Origin: Nanobdellota archaeon
Lineage (GTDB): Archaea; Nanobdellota; Nanobdellia; Woesearchaeales; UBA10107
Direction: 5' to 3'
Length of the DNA stretch: 64,000 nt
Assembly (NCBI GenBank): GCA_042571125.1
Contig: JBHPFU010000001.1
Span: 193,225-257,224, forward strand
Shown: one piece after another, positions 42,964-51,884 of the stretch
Layout of the letters: every line of letters starts with the position of its first letter
How positions within the stretch are numbered: the stretch's first letter is position 1
Program-made: the position numbers and the translations under genes
Notes under the pieces: generated by a model
Told to the model about the DNA's origin: nothing
What the model saw: only the letters and a program-made list of their open reading frames with translations
Database searches by the model: none

Positions 42964-43698
42964 TTAGGCATTATTGGCCTTATTCCACAAAATTTCAAAT
43001 TGTTTTCTGTAACCTTCAGCAACTGCTTTGTCTTTTATTAGAATTCCATAAGGATTTTCTGTAAAAATAGCTATTCCTACATAATCTCCTATGATTATTG
43101 TTTCCTGCAACTGTGCGTATTCTTTTGGTAGGAATTTAATTTTAGTTAATCGTCTTTTATTCAGTTCATTCCCAAATTTTCTTATTGTTTCATCAAAAAC
43201 CTGTCTGCAAGGTATCTTTTTAGCAATTCTTTTAGTATGCAGGCCTTTCCACCAAGTTTCTCCCATAACGTCATAAGTTACTGCTGAACCTCCTCCAAAC
43301 GTGTTGTATTCTTTTCCTTTAGAATTAAGCAAGGTTATGTACATCTGATTTATTCCTCTCTTCCCTTTGAAAATCTCTCCAAAAGTTATTTTTTTAGAAA
43401 TCTTTTGTTTATTCTTTAACTCAGGTAAAATTTGATCAAATCTTTTTCTTTTATTTTCGATAAAATCGTGAAAATTCTCAGGGTTTGTTGCTTGATAGAT
43501 TTTCTTTTTACCTTCAAGAATAAAGCTGATCAGTCCTTTTTCAATTAGAGTGTTTAATGCTCTATGCACTACAGAGTTTTGCAAACCTGATTTTTCAAGA
43601 ATATTTCCTGCTGAACTGCTACCTAATTCAAGCAGAGATACATATACTTTAATCTCTGCATGTGTAAGTCCAAGATCTTCTAATATTGATATATCCAT
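42964..43698 (-). CDS. trmB: TrmB-family transcriptional regulator
   Basis: N-terminal winged helix MDISILEDLGLTHAEIKVYVSLLELGSSSAGNILEKSGLQNSVVHRALNTLIEKGLI is a typical TrmB signature. The size (244 aa) and C-terminal effector-like domain fit the family. Confidence 0.8.
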   Translation of the reverse strand: MDISILEDLGLTHAEIKVYVSLLELGSSSAGNILEKSGLQNSVVHRALNTLIEKGLISFILEGKKKIYQATNPENFHDFIENKRKRFDQILPELKNKQKISKKITFGEIFKGKRGINQMYITLLNSKGKEYNTFGGGSAVTYDVMGETWWKGLHTKRIAKKIPCRQVFDETIRKFGNELNKRRLTKIKFLPKEYAQLQETIIIGDYVGIAIFTENPYGILIKDKAVAEGYRKQFEILWNKANNA

Positions 43699-43721
43699 AT
43701 AAGGAGGTATTGCGCATTTAA

Positions 43722-43736
43722 TATTTAAACCTTTCT
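43722..43736 (-). promoter_or_regulatory. BRE/TATA promoter (AGAAAGGTTTAAATA on the minus strand) for trmB
   Basis: The TATA starts 31 nt from the ATG at 43698. It is divergent from the promoter of the aaRS-like/radical SAM operon. Confidence 0.5.
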
Positions 43737-43764
43737 AATATAGTCTCATTTGGGAGGATAAATG

Positions 43765-43772
43765 TTTATATA
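43765..43772 (+). promoter_or_regulatory. TATA box (TTTATATA) for the aaRS-like/radical SAM operon
   Basis: It lies 52 nt upstream of the ATG at 43817, which implies a leader of about 25 nt (containing GGGGCGG), unlike the -30 spacing of most genes here. Confidence 0.4.
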
Positions 43773-43816
43773 GGTGAGAGTTCACTACTATCTTATAACA
43801 ATTTGGGGCGGCACTA

Positions 43817-44581
43817 ATGATGAAAAACATAATAAAAGAATTTGTTAAAGGCTCAGGACAATATACTATCTTACCTGAAGGAAAAAGAATAAAGAACGCA
43901 ATAGAAGAAAAATTAGAATCCTATCTCACAAAAGAAATTGGTTTTGAAGAAGTAGAACTGCCAAAGATTGTACCAAGAAGCACGTTAGAAAAAGCAGGAA
44001 TTTTAGATAGATGGAATGATTATCTAATCTCAGTAAAACCTTATGGTGAAACAAAAGGCGTAAAAGACGAATATATTATGGATCCTTTACAATGTTTAGC
44101 TTGCTATCAGGCATTTGAAGATGACACAATTGATGTAAGTAAAGGTCCTCTTAAATGGTATGATTGTTCTGGACCTACTTATAGAAACGAAGAATTAGAT
44201 AAGATCAAACCAGGTGTGAAACAAAGAGAGTTTCATAGAGCAGAATATGTTTACATAGGAACTAAAGAACAAGTAGAAGAAACAAGAGAAAAATGTCTTT
44301 CACAATTAATTAAATTATGCACTGATTTAGGACTAAAAAATAGAGAAGTCACAGGAGATAGCTGTTATCAAGAAGGAGGAAACATAAAAGATGTTGAAGT
44401 TTATATTCCTCATGAAAACAAATGGCTAGAATTAGCAGGAGCAGCGGTATTGCATGAAATAGTTACATCTAAATTCAATATCAAAGGAGAAAATGGAGAA
44501 CAATTACATAGTGGATGTACTGGAATTGGATTAGATAGATTCATGTACGCATTAGTATCAAATGGAGTCGATTTAAAATGA
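43817..44581 (+). CDS. Stand-alone class II aminoacyl-tRNA synthetase-like catalytic core (SerRS-like; no tRNA-binding domain)
   Basis: Motif 2-like CSGPTYRNEELDKIKPGVKQREFHRAEYVYIG and motif 3-like GCTGIGLDRFMYAL. At only 254 aa it lacks the N-terminal coiled coil and any anticodon-binding domain. Confidence 0.6.
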   Translation: MMKNIIKEFVKGSGQYTILPEGKRIKNAIEEKLESYLTKEIGFEEVELPKIVPRSTLEKAGILDRWNDYLISVKPYGETKGVKDEYIMDPLQCLACYQAFEDDTIDVSKGPLKWYDCSGPTYRNEELDKIKPGVKQREFHRAEYVYIGTKEQVEETREKCLSQLIKLCTDLGLKNREVTGDSCYQEGGNIKDVEVYIPHENKWLELAGAAVLHEIVTSKFNIKGENGEQLHSGCTGIGLDRFMYALVSNGVDLK

Positions 44582-45222
44582 AAAACATGACTTATAGATT
44601 TAAAACACCAAAATATCCTAGGAATATATTATATGTAAATCTAATTGCAAACTATGCTTGTACTAATAACTGTAGATTTTGCAGTAGAGAAGATGCAATA
44701 AATAAAAAAAAGAACATCTATGAAAAAAAAGCAAAAACATCATTATACTTGCCAAAATCTCCATCAGTAGATGAGATAGTTGATGCTATTGGCAGGGATA
44801 TAAGAGAAGACGATCAAGAACTTGCAATAATTGGTTTAGGAGAACCTTTAATATATTTTTCAAAAGTTGCCGAAGTAATTAAAAGAGTAAAAGAAAAATA
44901 TAACATTAAGACAAGAATAGATACGAATGGAGTAACTAATAAATCGGCAGAACAATTGCAAGGCTTAGATGAAATAAGAATATCTCTTAATGCTGTAAAT
45001 GAACAAGAATATAATGAATTATGCAGACCAAAAGTTGAAAACGCCTTTCTAAATCTAGTTAATTTTGTTAAAAGCTGTGCAAACTCAACAATTGATACTT
45101 ATGTAAGTTTTGTAGTTGGATTTAAAGGAACAAGAACAAAAGAAGAATATGCACAATACGCGGAATCACTTGGAGTCAAAAAGAAAAATATAATCTTCAG
45201 AAATTATGTTAAGTTAAACTAA
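44578..45222 (+). CDS. Radical SAM protein (214 aa)
   Basis: CX3CX2C cluster motif in NYACTNNCRFC, followed by a GLGEPL glycine-rich SAM-binding motif. The start overlaps the upstream stop (ATGA at 44578-44581). Confidence 0.8.
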   Translation: MKNMTYRFKTPKYPRNILYVNLIANYACTNNCRFCSREDAINKKKNIYEKKAKTSLYLPKSPSVDEIVDAIGRDIREDDQELAIIGLGEPLIYFSKVAEVIKRVKEKYNIKTRIDTNGVTNKSAEQLQGLDEIRISLNAVNEQEYNELCRPKVENAFLNLVNFVKSCANSTIDTYVSFVVGFKGTRTKEEYAQYAESLGVKKKNIIFRNYVKLN

Positions 45223-45283
45223 AAGAAAGAACATCAAAAAATCACATTCCTGGCAAAATTCTAGAATTTACTCCAAATTCCTA

Positions 45284-45991
45284 TTAAATCGGTTTGTAAT
45301 TCAGGATTTTTTTAGCTTTAGAAATATCAACACCTTCTATTTCATCAACAATAGAAAACGCTTCATACCATATTTTCTTATCTGTTTCTATTGAATTTTC
45401 AATAGCTTGTAATGCGTTTTCAATTTTAACATGCAATTTTAACTCACCAAATGGTTTGTAAACACCTTTCGGTCTTGTTGGTCCCAAACGAAGAATGATG
45501 ACTTCAAACTTTTTCCTCATCCCATAATTTGCAAGAACTTGTTCCGCAATAACTTTGCTAGTGGAATATGCAACATCACAATCTCTAACAGCTGGAGGAA
45601 GATCTTCTGTTTTTACTCTTTGAGTTAAAACTGTGCTATCTTCAACAACAGGAATTTTGATAGGCATACCTTTTTCCATCCCATAATAACTCATTGAACT
45701 TGTAAAAATTAATTTTTTAATCCCATTTTCCATGCATGCTTGGGCCACATTAAAAGTTCCCTGGCAATTTGTTTCAAAATAATCCTTGAAAGTTTTGTCT
45801 TCATAAGGTTTTCTGTGAGCAGCTAAATGAACTACAACATCACACCCTTTCATAGCTGATTTTAATTGTTCATAGTTAAGAAGATCACACCCTTTATCAT
45901 GCGCAAAACCAACTATCTCATGTTTTGGAGAAATGTGATTGACCAATTCTTTACCAATAAATCCTGAACTGCCTGTAATAAATATTTTCAT
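45284..45991 (-). CDS. NAD(P)-dependent epimerase/dehydratase family (short SDR-type) protein
   Basis: Rossmann motif MKIFITGSSGFIGKELV and catalytic YSTSK (YxxxK). Confidence 0.8.
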   Translation of the reverse strand: MKIFITGSSGFIGKELVNHISPKHEIVGFAHDKGCDLLNYEQLKSAMKGCDVVVHLAAHRKPYEDKTFKDYFETNCQGTFNVAQACMENGIKKLIFTSSMSYYGMEKGMPIKIPVVEDSTVLTQRVKTEDLPPAVRDCDVAYSTSKVIAEQVLANYGMRKKFEVIILRLGPTRPKGVYKPFGELKLHVKIENALQAIENSIETDKKIWYEAFSIVDEIEGVDISKAKKILNYKPI

Positions 45992-45995
45992 AATT

Positions 45996-47339
45996 TCACA
46001 TCCCAGGCATCTTGCCCATCTTTTTCATCATGTTGTCCATTCCTTTCTTTCCTTTCATCATTTTAACCATTTTTTTGGACATTTTATATTGTTTAAGTAA
46101 ATCCCTAACTTCAGAAGTTGAAACACCTGCACCTTTTGCAATCCTTTCAATTCTTGTTCCAGTTATTAAATCCGGATCTTCTAATTCTTCTTTTGTCATT
46201 GAATCCATTAAAAATTTCCATGTTTTTAATTTTCCTTCTTGAACTTGCATTGCTTCTTTTGGTATTTTTAACTGGCCCATTCCAGGAATCATTTCCATAA
46301 CTTTTCCTAACGGACCCATCTTTGACATTGCTTCCATCTGAGAATATAAATCAACTAAGTTAAATTCACCTTTTAATATTTTTTTACCTAGGTCTTTTGC
46401 CTCGTCTTCTGAAATTGCTTCTTTTGCTTTTTCTAATAACGTTTCTAGGTCTCCCATCCCAAGCATTCTTCCAACAAAACGTTCAGGATCAAATTCTTCT
46501 AGGTCATCTGGCTTTTCACCTACACCCAAGAATTTAACAGGAGCTTTTGTGATTGCACATGCGGATAGTGCACCTCCTGCTTTTGCTGTACCATCCATCT
46601 TTGTGATAACAACCCCCGTAACATGAGAACTTTTATGGAATTGTTCTGCCTGTGACTGCGCAGCCTGACCGATATCTGCAGAAATAACTAATAATGTTTC
46701 ATCTGGTTCGATTAATTTGTATATTTTTTCCAGTTCTTTAACTAACTCAGCCGATAATTTATCACGTCCAGCAGTATCAATAAGAATAACATCAAATTTT
46801 TGCAAGTCTTTTGAATATTTTTTATAAATTTTAACAGGATCTTTTTCTTTTTTTTCTATAAAACAAGGAATCTTTAATGGTTTGCAGACTTGTTCTAATT
46901 GATCTGCTGCCGCAGGTCTCCAGACATCTAAACCAATTGCAGCAACTTTAAATCCTCTTTTTGTGTAGTATTTTGCTAATTTACCTATCCCTGTTGTTTT
47001 ACCAGAACCATAAAGACCAACCATCATTATTTTGAATGGCTTTTTCTTCCCTATCTCAATTCCTTTTTTTTCTTCACCTAAGAATTTAACAAGCTCTTCA
47101 TAAACAATTTTTATCAGATGTTCTTTTTTTGATAATGCTCCCGGTTCTTTTTCTTTCAGAGTTCTTTCTTTGATTCCTTTTGTAAGTTCAAAAACAAGTT
47201 TAACATTTACATCTGCTTGAAGTAATGCCTTTTGAATGTCTTTGACAAGCTCATTTATCAGTTTTTCATCTACAAACATCGCTTTTGTTATCTTGCTTAG
47301 CGTATCCTTCAATGAACTTCCTAGCTTCTCTAATACCAT
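45996..47339 (-). CDS. srp54: Signal recognition particle protein SRP54
   Basis: N domain, G domain (GLYGSGKTTGIGKLA, DTAGR, TKMDGTAKAGGALS) and a Met-rich M domain (MGPLGKVMEMIPGMG...MKKMGKMPGM). Confidence 0.95.
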   Translation of the reverse strand: MVLEKLGSSLKDTLSKITKAMFVDEKLINELVKDIQKALLQADVNVKLVFELTKGIKERTLKEKEPGALSKKEHLIKIVYEELVKFLGEEKKGIEIGKKKPFKIMMVGLYGSGKTTGIGKLAKYYTKRGFKVAAIGLDVWRPAAADQLEQVCKPLKIPCFIEKKEKDPVKIYKKYSKDLQKFDVILIDTAGRDKLSAELVKELEKIYKLIEPDETLLVISADIGQAAQSQAEQFHKSSHVTGVVITKMDGTAKAGGALSACAITKAPVKFLGVGEKPDDLEEFDPERFVGRMLGMGDLETLLEKAKEAISEDEAKDLGKKILKGEFNLVDLYSQMEAMSKMGPLGKVMEMIPGMGQLKIPKEAMQVQEGKLKTWKFLMDSMTKEELEDPDLITGTRIERIAKGAGVSTSEVRDLLKQYKMSKKMVKMMKGKKGMDNMMKKMGKMPGM

Positions 47340-47415
47340 TATATAGCAGAAATAGGCGCTGTATTTATAATATTTACCATAAGATTTAAAAACATTTAGT
47401 ATATAAACTTAATAT

Positions 47416-48387
47416 ATGGACACTATCCTGCAATTAAGAGGTGTTAGCAAGCGCTTTGGTAAAAAGACAGTTCTAAATGATGTTGATCTTGATGTTAAGT
47501 CTGGAGAGATTTTTGGCATTATAGGGATGAGTGGAGCAGGAAAAACAACTCTATTAGAAACATTAATAGGATTCATAAAACCAGAAAAAGGAACAATCAT
47601 GTTTCAGCCCAGAGTTGCAAAAACAGTACTGCCTGAACAAGTTTCTTTGGTTTCAATAACAAAACAGCCGAAGATAGTAAAGACTATGTTTGGGTTTGCA
47701 ACACAAGAACCAAGCTTTTATGAAAAATTAACAATCGAGGAGAACATGAAGTACTTTTCTTCTTTGTACAATCTTCCAAAAGAAGCAATAGCAAATAATA
47801 TTAATTCGATCTTAGACTTTGTTGACCTAGCAGATGAAAAACATAGTCTCGCAGGAGAACTGTCGGGAGGTATGCAGAAGCGTTTAGATGTTGCATGCTC
47901 TCTTTTAAATGATCCTGCAATCTTAATTTTAGACGAGCCTACCGCTGACCTTGACCCGGTTTCAAGAAAGCACATCTGGGCATTAATAAAAAAAATAAAT
48001 GAAAAAGGAACAACGATTCTTATTTCATCTCATTTCTTAGATGAGATGGATGCTCTTTGTGATAGAATCGCACTTATACATGACAAAACAATTGTTCACA
48101 GAGGTACTGCAGATGAACTAAGGGTAGAGTATGATAAAAATGTAGAGATTCATCTTGAAACAGAATCTGCGGACTATGACAACATCATAAAAAAACTAAA
48201 AGATTTTCATGCTTCAAAAATAAGAAAGGAAGGTTCAAAATTAATCATGTTTGCAAAAGATTCAGAAAGTGTGTTACATAAATTATTACATATAATTGAA
48301 GATGAAAAAGAGGTGCTTGTTGATGTTGATGTGAGGAAACCTTCGTTGGATGAAGTGTTTGAGTCAATGGTTAACAAGAAAAAATGA
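47416..48387 (+). CDS. ABC transporter ATP-binding protein
   Basis: Walker A GMSGAGKTT, signature LSGGMQKRL, Walker B ILILDEPTADLD. TTTAAAAA lies 31 nt upstream. Confidence 0.9.
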   Translation: MDTILQLRGVSKRFGKKTVLNDVDLDVKSGEIFGIIGMSGAGKTTLLETLIGFIKPEKGTIMFQPRVAKTVLPEQVSLVSITKQPKIVKTMFGFATQEPSFYEKLTIEENMKYFSSLYNLPKEAIANNINSILDFVDLADEKHSLAGELSGGMQKRLDVACSLLNDPAILILDEPTADLDPVSRKHIWALIKKINEKGTTILISSHFLDEMDALCDRIALIHDKTIVHRGTADELRVEYDKNVEIHLETESADYDNIIKKLKDFHASKIRKEGSKLIMFAKDSESVLHKLLHIIEDEKEVLVDVDVRKPSLDEVFESMVNKKK

Positions 48388-50081
48388 AGTTATTAAATAT
48401 AATCCAGAAAAATTTTAAGATACTGCTTAGATCTAGATCGTCAGCTACGATTACATTCCTGGGACCTTTAATGCTTGTTGTTTTAGTGGGATTAGCATTC
48501 AGCAATACCGAAACTTACGGACTAAACATCGGAACTTATTCTGAAAACTATAATGATTTTTCAAATTCTTTATTAGACAAATTAACAGAGAACAATTTCC
48601 AGATTACAAAATTTGATTCTCAGGGCAAATGTATTTCCGGAGCAAAACAAGGAGATTCAAACATCTGCATAGTATTCCCTAAAGATATGAACCTGGAAAA
48701 TAACGAAGTTGTTTTTCATGTAGATTATTCAAAAGTAAACATTGTTTGGATGGTTCTTGATTCAATCTCTGAGAAAATATCCTCAAAATCAAAAGAGATC
48801 AGAGAATCACTCACCTCTAACATTCTTGAAAAGATGATTGAGACGAAATCCAGTATGGATTCCCATAAAGAATCTGCCGAAAAGATAAAAAAAGCAGAAT
48901 CAGCTATGCAGGAAAAAGCAACAACGATTCAGACCGGTCTAGATGGGATGGATGTTTCAATAAGCTTGACAGACCTAAAATTAAGTGATATTAGAGATAA
49001 AGTAGAAGATATTGAAAGTACTGCGGATTATGCATCAGAAGACCTGGAAGAACTTATTGAAACTGTGAATGACTCAAGCTTGCCAAGTTCAGAGAAAAAT
49101 GATATTATCGGAGATATAGAAAGCATACAAGGCGATGTTAATGATGTTCTTGATATTGTTTCTGGCAATGGGACTGGAACAGTCATAAAACTTGTGGAAG
49201 AGCTTGAAGGAAAACTAATTCTTGTCCAAGGAAAACTTGCGAGTCTAGCAACAACAAGAGGGGATGCAGAAGAAGACCTTGGGATTATCAAAAACCTACT
49301 AGAAGATAATATGAAAAAGGTTGATAATCTGAAAAGTGCGATATCTGTTGCGATTAGTAATATTGCAGATGTTGGATCAGACCAAACATCACAGATAGTA
49401 AGTCCTATCAAAACAAGAATACAGCCATTAACAACCCAAAAAACTCACTTTAATTACTTGTTCCCGACATTGATTGTTTTAGTTATAATGATCACTGCTA
49501 TTTTATTAAGCTCAACATTAGTAATGAATGAAAAGAAATCAAAATCATTCTTTAGAAACTTTATCACACCAACAAAAGATATTATATTTAACTTAGGCAT
49601 ATTTATTACATCATTTTTGGTTATCTTAGCACAGCTTGTTTTATTCTTATTAATCGCTTCAATATTCTTTGAAACAAATATTTGGAGTTCAATCTTAACA
49701 ACGCCGCTTATCCTGCTGCTTGTTATATCTATTTTTGTTTTCCTTGGAATGTTTATTGGATATATTTTCAAATCTCCAGAAACAAATGTTCTTGCTTCAA
49801 TATCTGTAAGTGCGGTCTTGTTATTCTTTTCAAGTACAGTGCTTCCATTAGAAAGCATACCTGGAGCATTAAGAACAATGGCAAACCTAAGTCCGTTTGT
49901 TCTGAGCGAGAATCTTCTAAGACAGACCTTGTTCTTTAATTTCGGATATGGGGAGATTTGGGTTGGTTTAATCAATCTTTTAGGTTATGTTTTGTTGTTG
50001 TTTATCGCTACCCTGATTGCCCAGAAACTGCTTAAAAGCAACATCCGCCTACATCTAAGCATTAAACGTAAAAAGAAATAG
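48384..50081 (+). CDS. ABC-2-type permease with a large coiled-coil extracytoplasmic insert (YhgE/Pip-like architecture)
   Basis: One N-terminal TM, a charged helical loop of about 330 aa, then 5 C-terminal TM helices. ATGA overlap with the ATPase gene. Confidence 0.7.
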   Translation: MKLLNIIQKNFKILLRSRSSATITFLGPLMLVVLVGLAFSNTETYGLNIGTYSENYNDFSNSLLDKLTENNFQITKFDSQGKCISGAKQGDSNICIVFPKDMNLENNEVVFHVDYSKVNIVWMVLDSISEKISSKSKEIRESLTSNILEKMIETKSSMDSHKESAEKIKKAESAMQEKATTIQTGLDGMDVSISLTDLKLSDIRDKVEDIESTADYASEDLEELIETVNDSSLPSSEKNDIIGDIESIQGDVNDVLDIVSGNGTGTVIKLVEELEGKLILVQGKLASLATTRGDAEEDLGIIKNLLEDNMKKVDNLKSAISVAISNIADVGSDQTSQIVSPIKTRIQPLTTQKTHFNYLFPTLIVLVIMITAILLSSTLVMNEKKSKSFFRNFITPTKDIIFNLGIFITSFLVILAQLVLFLLIASIFFETNIWSSILTTPLILLLVISIFVFLGMFIGYIFKSPETNVLASISVSAVLLFFSSTVLPLESIPGALRTMANLSPFVLSENLLRQTLFFNFGYGEIWVGLINLLGYVLLLFIATLIAQKLLKSNIRLHLSIKRKKK

Positions 50082-50113
50082 GAGTTGTTACTACCTATTA
50101 GTTACTACTTAAA

Positions 50114-50128
50114 CGAAAGGTTTATATA
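50114..50128 (+). promoter_or_regulatory. BRE/TATA promoter (CGAAAGGTTTATATA) for the DAHP synthase-like gene
   Basis: The TATA starts 26 nt before the first ATG (50147). The 15-mer is identical to the one at 34463-34477 (minus strand). Confidence 0.55.
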
Positions 50129-50146
50129 TTAGTTCTTGTTTTTTTG

Positions 50147-51172
50147 ATGAAAATGACTAATATATCAATTGTTGCAGGACCATGCGCTGTAGAATCTAAA
50201 ACCCAGCTTATGAATACTGCATATAAACTAAGTCTAATGAGAGATATTGCCAAACCTTACGGAGTAGATTTTAAACTAAGGGGCGGAGCATGGAAACCAA
50301 GAACAACATACAAAGTAGAGAATAATGGCAATAGTGAAAGAGTTTTTGAAGGGATTGGAGAAAGTGCATTAAAATGGCTTGGTGAAGCAGGAGATAAGTA
50401 TGACTTGCCGATTGTTTCAGAGCTAATGTCTGAGCAAGACATGAGATATTTTCATAGACACTTAAATCCTGAAAGAGATTATATTCAGATCGGAGCAAGA
50501 ACTTCTCAAGCATTTGCATTGCTATTCGCTGCAGGCGTTACAAACTTTGGAGTTATTCTAAAAAATCCTCAGCACGGGATTGATATAAAAGAAGCACTCG
50601 GAGCAATAGAGCGGTTTGAAAATAATAGAGAAGTAGTTTACTGCACTCGCGGTCAGAAAAGACCAATCTCTCCTCATAACGATGAGTCAAAAGCATATAG
50701 ACAATTTGTAGGAAGATTAAATCACAGTCCTAATCAACACCCAGACTCAAGAAATTTAAATAATATGGCTTGGCATAGTATCCTTAGAGAACAATTAGAT
50801 CCAAAAGTAAAACTTTGCCATGATCCAAGCCACACTTGGGGCGGAAAAACAGAAGAGATGAAAAGAACGATTGGAGAATACGCGATCAAAGCAATCCAGC
50901 AAGGTTATGATTGGGTTATGCTTGAAGTAAATGATAAATCAAGAGGATTGAAATGTGATGGAGATCAAGCGATGCTTACAACAACAAAGGGTGTTGACTG
51001 GTCAAAAACTTGTTTTGGTGAAAAACCAAAAAAAGAACCAATAACATTGATTGATGTGGTTATAGGTGCAATGGAACATCAGATTGATAACGGAGCTTCT
51101 AAAGATGATTTTGATGAAGACAAAAGAAGATTAAAAAAACTTCGTTGGGATCTTGAACAACCAACTAAATAA
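50147..51172 (+). CDS. DAHP synthase / KDO8P synthase family (type I-beta-like) aldolase
   Basis: IVAGPCAVES, LRGGAWKPRT and CHDPSH motifs are typical of the 3-deoxy-7-phosphoheptulonate / 3-deoxy-8-phosphooctulonate synthase family. The track start at 50144 is a TTG; the first ATG is at 50147. Substrate specificity is not assignable by eye. Confidence 0.7.
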   Translation: MKMTNISIVAGPCAVESKTQLMNTAYKLSLMRDIAKPYGVDFKLRGGAWKPRTTYKVENNGNSERVFEGIGESALKWLGEAGDKYDLPIVSELMSEQDMRYFHRHLNPERDYIQIGARTSQAFALLFAAGVTNFGVILKNPQHGIDIKEALGAIERFENNREVVYCTRGQKRPISPHNDESKAYRQFVGRLNHSPNQHPDSRNLNNMAWHSILREQLDPKVKLCHDPSHTWGGKTEEMKRTIGEYAIKAIQQGYDWVMLEVNDKSRGLKCDGDQAMLTTTKGVDWSKTCFGEKPKKEPITLIDVVIGAMEHQIDNGASKDDFDEDKRRLKKLRWDLEQPTK

Positions 51173-51853
51173 TTATTTCTTAATAGCAGATAAAAATTTT
51201 ATATATTCGTTAACATCATTAAATACGTCAACCGCTCCTGCTCTTTTTAATTTTTCAGCAAGTCCATCCTGATAACGAGGAGGAAGGATTCCATATGGTT
51301 TAACATTTGGATTGCTTGCAACATCTCTTAAGCTTGGCTCACGATCATCACAAAACCACATTGTTTCTGCACCAAACTTGCGCAATACTTGTTCGGCACC
51401 ATCCGCTTTTCCTTCACAATCACCCATCCCTAAGATTAAATCAATATAATCAATCGCTTCATTTTTTCTAGCTGCGTATTTAATTTCTTCTTTTGGTGCA
51501 CTGCTGATAACAACAATGTGGAATTTTTTAGCCAATTCAGCAAGCAATTTAATATCAACTAACCATGGTTCATTCTGGATATAACCAGAAAAGTCTCTTT
51601 CTTTTCCAAGATAGAGATCCTGAAAATGTTCAGTTATTGTGTCTAGGTCTCTATAGACTCCTCTACCCTCTAATATCCATTGAGTACCTACCCAATCATT
51701 ATTTGAATGAGCCATAGAACCAGCCATCTCTTGACTTGTTGGAGATCTTCTGCTAGGATCAAAATGTGTTACAGTCTCTCGTTTACATCTTTGATAAGAG
51801 CGAGACTCATCCCTACATACCCCATCAAAATCAAATCCTGCAATTGGTTTCAT
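51173..51853 (-). CDS. HAD-superfamily hydrolase
   Basis: Motif I FDFDGV, motif II VVISSA, motif IV FCDDREPSLRD. Its stop directly abuts the stop of the convergent 50147-51172 gene (TAATTA). Confidence 0.7.
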   Translation of the reverse strand: MKPIAGFDFDGVCRDESRSYQRCKRETVTHFDPSRRSPTSQEMAGSMAHSNNDWVGTQWILEGRGVYRDLDTITEHFQDLYLGKERDFSGYIQNEPWLVDIKLLAELAKKFHIVVISSAPKEEIKYAARKNEAIDYIDLILGMGDCEGKADGAEQVLRKFGAETMWFCDDREPSLRDVASNPNVKPYGILPPRYQDGLAEKLKRAGAVDVFNDVNEYIKFLSAIKK

Positions 51854-51884
51854 CTCAGCAAAGAAGGAGTACTAATTTATTAAT

